Positions 1-7,027 of a DNA stretch of 64,000 nt are shown here, in pieces. A model generated the notes under the pieces. The model was given only the letters and a program-made list of their open reading frames with translations, searched no databases and had not been told where the DNA came from. Position 1 is the first letter of the stretch. Each line of letters starts with the position of its first letter. Made by a program: the position numbers and the translations under genes. The stretch is from contig CAKQMH010000003.1 of the NCBI GenBank assembly GCA_934254915.1, positions 25,793 to 89,792 of the forward strand. Direction: 5' to 3'. This DNA is from an uncultured Alphaproteobacteria bacterium (GTDB lineage Bacteria > Pseudomonadota > Alphaproteobacteria > RF32 > CAG-239).

Positions 1-400
1 ATAAATTTCTAATACTGGTTATTTGGTTTATATCCATATTTTTATCATCAACATCACCTCTTTTTTGTATCCTATTATAAATAGTTTCAGGGGCAGCATC
101 CAATAAAACAACTCTACCGCCTCGTTTATGTAGCATTTGCAATAATTCTGAAAAATCTTGATCGGAAAGGCGAGAATATCCTCTTTTTAAAGGCCCATAA
201 ACCATTTCAGATATAAATGAACGATCTAAAACAATATTATCTCCGTAATCTTTTGATAATATTCTTTGATATTTCTCTTTTATTGATAGATGAGAATCGT
301 AATTAAAATGCAGCGATTTGTATCCTCGATGAATAAGTAAATTTGCTAAAGTTGTTTTGCCAACACCATCACATCCCTCTAATATAATAAAGTCACTCAT
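1..400 (-). CDS. Thymidylate kinase-like dNMP kinase, N-terminal part (gene continues past the left window edge)
   Basis: Hand translation of the reverse strand gives MSDFIILEGCDGVGKTTLANLL...DRSFISEMVYGP... with no stop before position 1. EGCDGVGKTT is the Tmk-type P-loop. The ATG at 400-398 overlaps the TGA of the upstream gene (ATGA), indicating translational coupling. Not in the ORF track because it is open at the window edge. Confidence 0.55.
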   Translation of the reverse strand, partial: MSDFIILEGCDGVGKTTLANLLIHRGYKSLHFNYDSHLSIKEKYQRILSKDYGDNIVLDRSFISEMVYGPLKRGYSRLSDQDFSELLQMLHKRGGRVVLLDAAPETIYNRIQKRGDVDDKNMDINQITSIRNL

Positions 401-1179
401 CGTTGGCATCCTTTTATCATATTTAAGGGAATACCTGCTTTTAATAGAGGACATTCATTAGGCTTGTGGTTATTACAAAAGTGGCGTTTATAGTTAATCA
501 TAACTAAATGAACCCACCATGTTAAAGGTTTATCTTTGGGTAGTTTTATGTTTTTATCATACCCTAGTTTTGTTGCTATTTCCAACCAGTCGTGAGATTT
601 TGTAAAATCTTCTAATTGCGCTCGAACTGTTTCATGAGCAATAGCATTTTTTCCTGTTTTATAACCCAAACAAGGAGCTAGCATATCTTTCATACCACTA
701 TCAACAGGCATAACTCCACAGTAATATCCCTTTGCATATAAAACACAACATTGTCCAACTTTATACGAAGCTCCATCAACATTTTTTGCAATATCTGCAA
801 TCATTTCTAAATTAGATATGTTTTTAATATCCTTAAATTTTAAATTATTATCTATATAGCGACTCATACTTCTGACAAACTTTATTCTTGTATCAGGTAA
901 TCCTAAAGGCCTCAGCATTACTTTCAAATCGTCGTCTGATGTTTCTTTTATTTCTTCATAAGAGTGCATTAAAAAATTATTGATAGTCTTAATGTAACTG
1001 CCTAGCATTCGAAAAGATACTCTCGTACTTAAACCAGCAATAAGCATTTTCATGCGCCAGTCATCAACATCTTTAGGCCACCAAGGGTTGTTATCATGAG
1101 ATTTTATAACAGCATATTTTACTTCTGGTTGAGATGCCATAATCTCTATAGCTTTTATCTGTTCATCTTTACGCATCAC
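397..1179 (-). CDS. HhH-GPD superfamily (endonuclease III-like) base-excision glycosylase fold protein
   Basis: 260 aa. The segment ...IADIAKNVDGASYKVGQCCVLYAKGYYCGVMPVDSGMKDML resembles the helix-hairpin-helix plus Gly/Pro-Asp motif of Nth/MutY-type enzymes, with the Asp in PVDSG. The C-terminal Cys-rich tail (C-x7-C...C) is not the canonical EndoIII FeS loop. AT-rich codon usage. Confidence 0.45.
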   Translation of the reverse strand: MMRKDEQIKAIEIMASQPEVKYAVIKSHDNNPWWPKDVDDWRMKMLIAGLSTRVSFRMLGSYIKTINNFLMHSYEEIKETSDDDLKVMLRPLGLPDTRIKFVRSMSRYIDNNLKFKDIKNISNLEMIADIAKNVDGASYKVGQCCVLYAKGYYCGVMPVDSGMKDMLAPCLGYKTGKNAIAHETVRAQLEDFTKSHDWLEIATKLGYDKNIKLPKDKPLTWWVHLVMINYKRHFCNNHKPNECPLLKAGIPLNMIKGCQR

Positions 1180-2693
1180 TAGTTTCCTTTAATAATCTCA
1201 CCTTTTAATAATTTAGGTTCAACTGTATCTAATATTTGTATGCTATAATTATCATAAGGAGTTAGTTTTTTATTTTCAATCATAACTTTTATAGAGCATG
1301 TTCCTAAAGCTCTTAGATAAGATGCTCCATTTTCAAAAACCACTTCTCTAAATGATTTCAATTGTCTACCAATGGGGTAAACTCGTTTTTGCATCGGAAT
1401 GACAAAATTTGTCATGATATCATTTTTACATCTAGAGTAGTACTCAATGTCTTCTTTAATTTGAGAAGATATTACACCTTCAGCAGGTGTCATGTATCGA
1501 TAAAATAACCTGTGTGTTTGTAGTTGGTTTTGATAAATTCTATTCAAAAATTCCATATTAATTTCATGTGTTTTTTCTGTTTGTCCGGGCAATCCATGCA
1601 TTAAATTAATTCCTGGTAAAAATTTTGGGAAACCCTTTGGGCCAATTTCGGCACCATATTCATTTATTATTTCAATAGCATTTATTATTTTATCAGCACT
1701 ACCATAGATGTGTGTAGCTTTTCGAACACTATCATCAAACGATTCTATTCCAAAAGGAGCAACATTACCATCGGTGCAATTTTCAACAACTAATTTAACA
1801 AATTCTCGTCCATGAGGCTCAACAACACTATTCATGTTTACATTATCAATATGTAATGTTTGAATATCTGTTCCAATTTCTCTTATTCCATAAAGTAGTT
1901 TCCTTAGTTTTTCTATAGAATTATATTGATAATGGAAGAAATTGGGCTGTCTTCCTAACCTAAAATGTCTTACTCCACTTTTATAAAGAGCGGTTATTTG
2001 TTTTACTATTGAAATCGGTTCTCTATACGATGGACGAATGTGCCTTTTAGCTTCTATACAATAACTACAGGTTGGAGTGTTGCAACCTGTTCCTGTTTCA
2101 ATTTCAGCAAGAATGGGATAATTTAATTGTTCAATTATATGAACTGGTTGGCTAGAAATTTTATCTAACAATTCATAATTCGGTAATAAAAAATTACCAG
2201 TGGTAGAATTTTCTAATACAAAACGATAAGTGTTTCCTATACATACGGTATCAATGATTTTTGCCAAATGAGAACTTTGGTATGCTGAACAGACATTATT
2301 TTCAATTCCTAAAACATAAAAAAGTATTTTTTTTGCCTTTGTATTATTTAGAAAAGTATAAACTTCTTCAATAGAAGGTGGCTCACAAGAAAAATACTTA
2401 TATTCAACAAAACATCCCATGATAATATAAATTGTTTCGGCATTTTTAATAATGTCTAATGCGTAAGGTGCATTTTTTGTCTTATTTAGAATACGAATGT
2501 TAGTATTTTCTGCTTCTTTTTCACCATTGGCAAACCTTAAGTCATCGATAGTAAGGTAAGAAAATGCTTCATTTTTATAACTTAATGCTTGTGATAAATG
2601 TATTTGATGAGTACCTAAATAAGGTCGAGCACCATATCCAGATGGTTCATCTGTATAACAATCTAAGATTATAGTTTTATTATATTTTGTCAT
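1179..2693 (-). CDS. Radical SAM superfamily enzyme with non-canonical CX4CX2C motif and an N-terminal extra domain of about 190 aa
   Basis: 504 aa. The reverse complement of 2041-2100 encodes ETGTGCNTPTCSYCIEAKRH, a three-Cys cluster in the glycine-rich context typical of radical SAM cores. A G-rich SAM-binding-like region follows (VAPFGIESFDD...). Start and stop overlap the neighbouring genes. Confidence 0.6.
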   Translation of the reverse strand: MTKYNKTIILDCYTDEPSGYGARPYLGTHQIHLSQALSYKNEAFSYLTIDDLRFANGEKEAENTNIRILNKTKNAPYALDIIKNAETIYIIMGCFVEYKYFSCEPPSIEEVYTFLNNTKAKKILFYVLGIENNVCSAYQSSHLAKIIDTVCIGNTYRFVLENSTTGNFLLPNYELLDKISSQPVHIIEQLNYPILAEIETGTGCNTPTCSYCIEAKRHIRPSYREPISIVKQITALYKSGVRHFRLGRQPNFFHYQYNSIEKLRKLLYGIREIGTDIQTLHIDNVNMNSVVEPHGREFVKLVVENCTDGNVAPFGIESFDDSVRKATHIYGSADKIINAIEIINEYGAEIGPKGFPKFLPGINLMHGLPGQTEKTHEINMEFLNRIYQNQLQTHRLFYRYMTPAEGVISSQIKEDIEYYSRCKNDIMTNFVIPMQKRVYPIGRQLKSFREVVFENGASYLRALGTCSIKVMIENKKLTPYDNYSIQILDTVEPKLLKGEIIKGN

Positions 2694-3417
2694 GATATTC
2701 TCTATAATAGATTAAAGCTTTATTAAATTCATTTTGTAAAAATGATAACGAGTTAGAGCAGTTTGTTTGATTCTTTATATATACAATAGGTATCTCTGTC
2801 TCTTTAATACTAATAATGTTATCTGGCACATTTAAAACATCCTTCTTATAAACCGTATTCATTGTTTTTTCAGAAACTAAATGTCCTCCATTTTTATATC
2901 TATTTAAATTACGCTCTTTCCTTATTGCTAAAGGGGCATCAATATCTATTATTAGTGAGTTTTTTAATAAAAATGATGGCACAGTCTGGCATAAATAATT
3001 AAAAGATATAGGATATACATCCTGATCATTTATATCAAAAAAATGGTTATATTTAGGATCACTACCTCTGGAAAATTCAACAACAGTGTAGTCAGAATTT
3101 ATCTGTTTACCTAAAATTGTTAACACGATATTCCAAACAATGGGATTATCAATTAAGTATCCCCCCTGATTATTAGGGTGGCTATAAAAACAAGGAACTT
3201 CTTGATCATAGTACATATCTATACCATTCTCTTTTACAAATTTCCAAAACTCTTTCAGTTTATGTTGATGCAATAATTTATCTGCGGTAAATATTTTATA
3301 TAAAGGAACAGCATCATCTAATACAGAATACTCTGGATGTAAACTGCATATGGCTTGACCCATTGATGATTTACCGCTGCAAGCTGGACCTATTATAAAT
3401 ATTAAATTGGGTTTCAT
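2680..3417 (-). CDS. P-loop NTPase / nucleotide or nucleoside kinase-like protein
   Basis: 245 aa with Walker A IIGPACSGKSS at the N-terminus. Size and layout resemble small-molecule (nucleotide or nucleoside) kinases. Overlaps the radical SAM gene by 14 nt. Confidence 0.5.
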   Translation of the reverse strand: MKPNLIFIIGPACSGKSSMGQAICSLHPEYSVLDDAVPLYKIFTADKLLHQHKLKEFWKFVKENGIDMYYDQEVPCFYSHPNNQGGYLIDNPIVWNIVLTILGKQINSDYTVVEFSRGSDPKYNHFFDINDQDVYPISFNYLCQTVPSFLLKNSLIIDIDAPLAIRKERNLNRYKNGGHLVSEKTMNTVYKKDVLNVPDNIISIKETEIPIVYIKNQTNCSNSLSFLQNEFNKALIYYREYHDKI

Positions 3418-4252
3418 CTTTTTTATCCATCTTCTGTATTGTATTTTTGGCTCTGCTAATTTCTATAGATTTATTTCTTAAATGGAGGTTCCCATAATCT
3501 TGAACAGATATACTGGCCATAGCTAATGCTTGGTAAACTGCTTCATTTAAATTTTTGCCATTGAACGAAGACAAAAAGCTTCCGAGGAATGTATCTCCAG
3601 CACCAACTGTGCTAACAACATCATCTGTTTTGATTGTTGCAAAGTATTTTCTTTCGTTTCCTTTTCGGTAGAAAACTCCTGTCATATCAGTAGTAAATAT
3701 TGATAAACTTTGAGGTAATGAATCAATTAAGCCATTACGTTGCATAATTATAAATTCATTGTCATTACAAAATAAAAAATCAGCCTTCTTAAGGCAAGTT
3801 GATAATTCCGGTAAAAAATCTTTTATACTAGACCACATAACATCTAAAGAGTAATATTGAGCATGAATCTTGTTCATAGCATCAATAAAAGGAACGCCCT
3901 TTCTGCATGATATATGCAAATAGTCCGCAGTTAATTGTTCCGGTATAATTATAGGTGCATAAACATTATTTATTAAGGAAATCTTATTATTTATCTCATC
4001 AATATTAAACGAATTCGTTTTATTTTCATATTTTTGTATGTGTCGTGTATCTATACTTAATTTATCCAATGCATCTATAGGAAAGTCATAACCTATGCTT
4101 GATATTATAGATATTTCTTTATTTCCGGATAAACTTCCTGCAATAGCTGCATTCACAGCACTTCCTCCGATTACATCCTTCGTTCCTTGATGAGTTATGA
4201 TACGGTCAATCGAAGAATTGCCACAGAAAATTAATTTATCTTTTATGCTCAT
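3371..4252 (-). CDS. PfkB-family carbohydrate/nucleoside kinase (ribokinase-like)
   Basis: 293 aa. N-terminal GG motif (VIGGSAVNAAIAGS) and C-terminal anion-hole motif (VVSTVGAGDTFLGSF), both PfkB signatures. Confidence 0.7.
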   Translation of the reverse strand: MSIKDKLIFCGNSSIDRIITHQGTKDVIGGSAVNAAIAGSLSGNKEISIISSIGYDFPIDALDKLSIDTRHIQKYENKTNSFNIDEINNKISLINNVYAPIIIPEQLTADYLHISCRKGVPFIDAMNKIHAQYYSLDVMWSSIKDFLPELSTCLKKADFLFCNDNEFIIMQRNGLIDSLPQSLSIFTTDMTGVFYRKGNERKYFATIKTDDVVSTVGAGDTFLGSFLSSFNGKNLNEAVYQALAMASISVQDYGNLHLRNKSIEISRAKNTIQKMDKKDETQFNIYNRSSLQR

Positions 4253-4832
4253 TTATATACCAATTAACAAATTTTTGGATGCTACCATTAGCACCGGCAC
4301 GTCCATAATACTCAGAAACTTCTTGTTCAGAAAGCTCACAAAGATTTTTATTATATTCTTTTAAATATATTATTTTCCATAACTCAGACCATGCATATGG
4401 TGATTGAATATCAATTTTTTCTTTTGATATTTCAAAATCTCCACCCTCGCGTTCAAATTGAAACAAGATACCGTCTTTATTAACGAATGTAGTGACACTT
4501 ATGAATTTAGCGGTTCTGTTTTCAATGCCTTGCATTAATTTTAAAATACCATCAGCACCTAATGTTTTCAAAACATATTTGGTATAAACTCCCGGAAAAC
4601 CTTTTAATTCAAATACGGAAAATCCACCATCTTCTACTAAAACGGGTTCTTTTAATATCTCAAAAGCTTTTAGCGCCTTATATTTTGAAACCTCTTGAAC
4701 AGTATCAAATTGAGGTTCCATAATATCTAAGTTTTGCGCACATATCTGCACATCAATATTATTAACTTTTAAACTATTTTCTAGTGATTTTATTTTTCCT
4801 TTATTGGACGTAATAAAATTAATCTTATTCAC
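4236..4832 (-). CDS. Ham1/ITPase-family non-canonical NTP pyrophosphatase (RdgB/Maf-like)
   Basis: The ORF-track ORF runs 4236..4937, but the family motifs start at VNKINFITSNKGKIKSLE, followed by VLVEDGGFSVFELKGFPGVYTKY. A GTG at 4832-4830 is preceded by GGAGG (complement of 4839-4843), giving a ~199 aa product typical of ITPases. Confidence 0.7.
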   Translation of the reverse strand: MNKINFITSNKGKIKSLENSLKVNNIDVQICAQNLDIMEPQFDTVQEVSKYKALKAFEILKEPVLVEDGGFSVFELKGFPGVYTKYVLKTLGADGILKLMQGIENRTAKFISVTTFVNKDGILFQFEREGGDFEISKEKIDIQSPYAWSELWKIIYLKEYNKNLCELSEQEVSEYYGRAGANGSIQKFVNWYINEHKR

Positions 4833-5175
4833 GCATAACCTCCACAGATACTGCCATAATAGAATATTTTTCGATATCTGAATTTGAAAACCATTGCTTG
4901 ATATTAAAATATGCAGAATTGTAATCAGATTCGCCAAGATCTTTCAAAGAAAATTTACGTATTAATGAATTAAGATCTCTGGATATTCTTATATTCTTAA
5001 CCAAAAGAGAGAGACTCTCATTATTTTTATTTAATAAATTGAAACTATCATTAATGGATAAACCAGAGCGTTTCTCATCGCACAAATAAAACTTTACGTT
5101 TTTTTTGCTCTTTTTAATTTTTTCAAATGTTATATCATCAACAATAGAAGAAAATTTGCACATTAAATCTCCCAA
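4825..5175 (-). CDS. Hypothetical small protein (first gene of the island operon)
   Basis: 116-aa AT-rich ORF. Its 3' end contains the SD of the ITPase gene. No recognisable motifs. Confidence 0.3.
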   Translation of the reverse strand: MGDLMCKFSSIVDDITFEKIKKSKKNVKFYLCDEKRSGLSINDSFNLLNKNNESLSLLVKNIRISRDLNSLIRKFSLKDLGESDYNSAYFNIKQWFSNSDIEKYSIMAVSVEVMRE

Positions 5176-5452
5176 ACTTTTTCTACATGATATTATTAAA
5201 AATAAAAAAAATCAATATTTTTCAAAAGTTGACACAAGTAGTTCAGCATTACTTCAATAAAAAGGTATGTATGCGATAGCTTTAGTAAATTTTAGTAAGT
5301 ATAATAAGGTGTTTGTTGAACATTCAGACTATACCAAGTATGTTGAAATCAAAGACGACAGCAAATTTATGGATGTTAACTTCCCGAGCGATGTTGAAAA
5401 AGTTTCCAAGAAAAATAAGTGAGTTAACAACCAAGGCCGTATCAGAGCCGCA

Positions 5453-5911
5453 TTACTTCTCTAAAGTTATATATTCGGGCGGAATAATACCGCCTTTGAT
5501 GACAACCAGATAATAAGGTACAACGGCAAACCGCAAGCCAAGTTTTTCATCACAAACCGACCAATCCACCGGAGAAGTATCAATATCGCTGATTGACGCT
5601 AATTTTATCAGACGTTCATCAATATCATGCGGAAGATCTTTATCTAAATTCGGACGGATTGCCGGACTGACATAAACTGCTTCAATCAGGCCGTCTTTTT
5701 GTAAAGCCATTAAATCAATAGAAAATAAATCAGCATTATCAATAAAAGGCTTGAACATATTGATGCTTTTGTCTGTCCATTGTATCGGTTCTGAAAAAAC
5801 CGCGAATGGCACGGCTGCGGCCGTTAAAACAAGATTCCATATCAGAATTGTGGGGCAAAAGCACTGTCCAAGATTATAAAAAGGATATATAATCGGTTCG
5901 CCAAAACACAA
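5453..5911 (-). CDS. Hypothetical protein (possibly a gene fragment)
   Basis: 152-aa ORF in a short patch of core-like GC between the AT-rich operon and the IS remnant. Hydrophobic N-terminus. No family recognised. Confidence 0.25.
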   Translation of the reverse strand: MCFGEPIIYPFYNLGQCFCPTILIWNLVLTAAAVPFAVFSEPIQWTDKSINMFKPFIDNADLFSIDLMALQKDGLIEAVYVSPAIRPNLDKDLPHDIDERLIKLASISDIDTSPVDWSVCDEKLGLRFAVVPYYLVVIKGGIIPPEYITLEK

Positions 5912-5989
5912 TTAGAGGGACTGCTGATGCCTATAGAGAAGTATATAACAGGGAATGAAAAAATCAAGATAAAATAGATAGATGAATGG

Positions 5990-6260
5990 AAAAAGTTAGT
6001 TTTAGAATGTGAGGACAAGACGGAGTATTATTGTCCATATTGCGGAAGTTATGAGTTAAGGTGTAAGGTCACATTTATCAAGAACATCAAAGGGATAAAG
6101 CTAGGCAACAAGGCCACAATTTTAAGGTTTAAGACCCATAAATACAAGTGTTTGGATTGATGAGCATTACTTAAGCAAGAAATACTTTCCTAATGCAATG
6201 ATAGTAAGTGACCGTTTCCACGTAATAAAATTGATATTAGAGAGTTTTATGTGCTTAACT
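5990..6260 (+). mobile_element. ISL3-family transposase remnant (internally deleted pseudogene)
   Basis: Frame translation gives ...EWKKLVLECEDKTEYYCPYCGSYELRCKVTFIKNIKGIKLGNKATILRFKTHKYKCLD* (ISL3 N-terminal zinc-finger region) and then ...FPNAMIVSDRFHVIKLILESF (the ISL3 DDE-domain DRFH motif). There are stops on both sides and most of the gene is missing. Confidence 0.6.
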
Positions 6261-6389
6261 TATTTTTACGAAAAAACAAACGAACTGATGACAGATTTTT
6301 TATAATTTTTTTTACTCTGCCTCCAACTTTTACGATGAGCCCCTAAAGATACAAAAAAGTCTCCGTATTTCTACGAAGACTTTTCTTAT

Positions 6390-6465
6390 TGGTGAGCTCG
6401 GGCGGGTTCGAACCGCCGACCCTTTGATTAAAAGTCAAATGCTCTACCGACTGAGCTACGAGCCC
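6390..6465 (-). tRNA. tRNA-Lys (anticodon UUU), CCA encoded
   Basis: The reverse complement reads GGGCTCGTAGCTCAGTCGGTAGAGCATTTGACTTTTAATCAAAGGGTCGGCGGTTCGAACCCGCCCGAGCTCACCA. It has a 7-bp acceptor stem with one G-U pair, a GGTTCGAA T-loop and a CTTTTAA anticodon loop. Its 3' end faces the AT-rich island. Confidence 0.9.
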
Positions 6466-6623
6466 TTAATCTCAACAACGAGCCTATGTATAGAAGATAA
6501 ATTTTACTTAGTCAACTAAAAAAATAAAAAAATTTTAAAAAATTAAAAATGTAGTATATTTGTTAATAATTATATGCTACTATCAAGCCAAATTGGAACA
6601 TATCCTTGGGTATAGAGGTCAAT

Positions 6624-6938
6624 ATGGATAAGAACACGAATATGGAAGAAGAAGGCAGATACGAGATTCTGCAAAATGAAGCCGGCGAAATTTTGATTGT
6701 TATTAAGCAACGCCGCGGCGGTCCGGAGAATCCTCGTTTTGTTTATGACGGCGGTAAAACGGCTTTGTTGTATCGCAGCCGCGAAAGCGCCGTATTTTTG
6801 GAGGAAATCGCTCAAGGTGCATGGCGTCCGTTGAAAATGGCCGACGAAGTCCTCGTGGCGGAAATTGACGGTGACGATGTTGCTCGAGAATATACTGTTC
6901 CGGTACGTCTGGTTCGTAGTCTTGACGCCTTAAGATAG
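6624..6938 (+). CDS. Hypothetical protein
   Basis: GC-rich ORF (ORF track 6606..6938). The probable ATG at 6624 follows an AGAGG Shine-Dalgarno sequence and the gene ends in a terminator hairpin. Confidence 0.4.
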   Translation: MDKNTNMEEEGRYEILQNEAGEILIVIKQRRGGPENPRFVYDGGKTALLYRSRESAVFLEEIAQGAWRPLKMADEVLVAEIDGDDVAREYTVPVRLVRSLDALR

Positions 6939-6970
6939 AGCCGGTGACTATTATCCTCACCTGTTTAATA

Positions 6971-6996
6971 AGGGCTTTAAAAGCCCTTATTTTTTG
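6971..6996 (+). terminator. Rho-independent terminator
   Basis: AGGGCTTTAAAAGCCCT hairpin followed by TTTTTT. Confidence 0.6.
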
Positions 6997-7027
6997 ATAT
7001 ATTGAAGGCAAATATTAATATGGACAT

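Noticed and set aside
5313-5513. 66-aa plus-strand ORF upstream of the island operon
   Set aside because: It overlaps the 3' end of the 5453..5911 minus-strand ORF and lies in the likely promoter region of the island operon. It has no SD or motifs.
6570-7011. ORFs 6570..6815(-) and 6703..7011(-) overlapping the 6606..6938(+) gene
   Set aside because: These are antisense shadows of a GC-rich plus-strand gene that has its own SD and terminator. They have no SD, and the second one is Arg-rich, as is typical of GC-frame artefacts.
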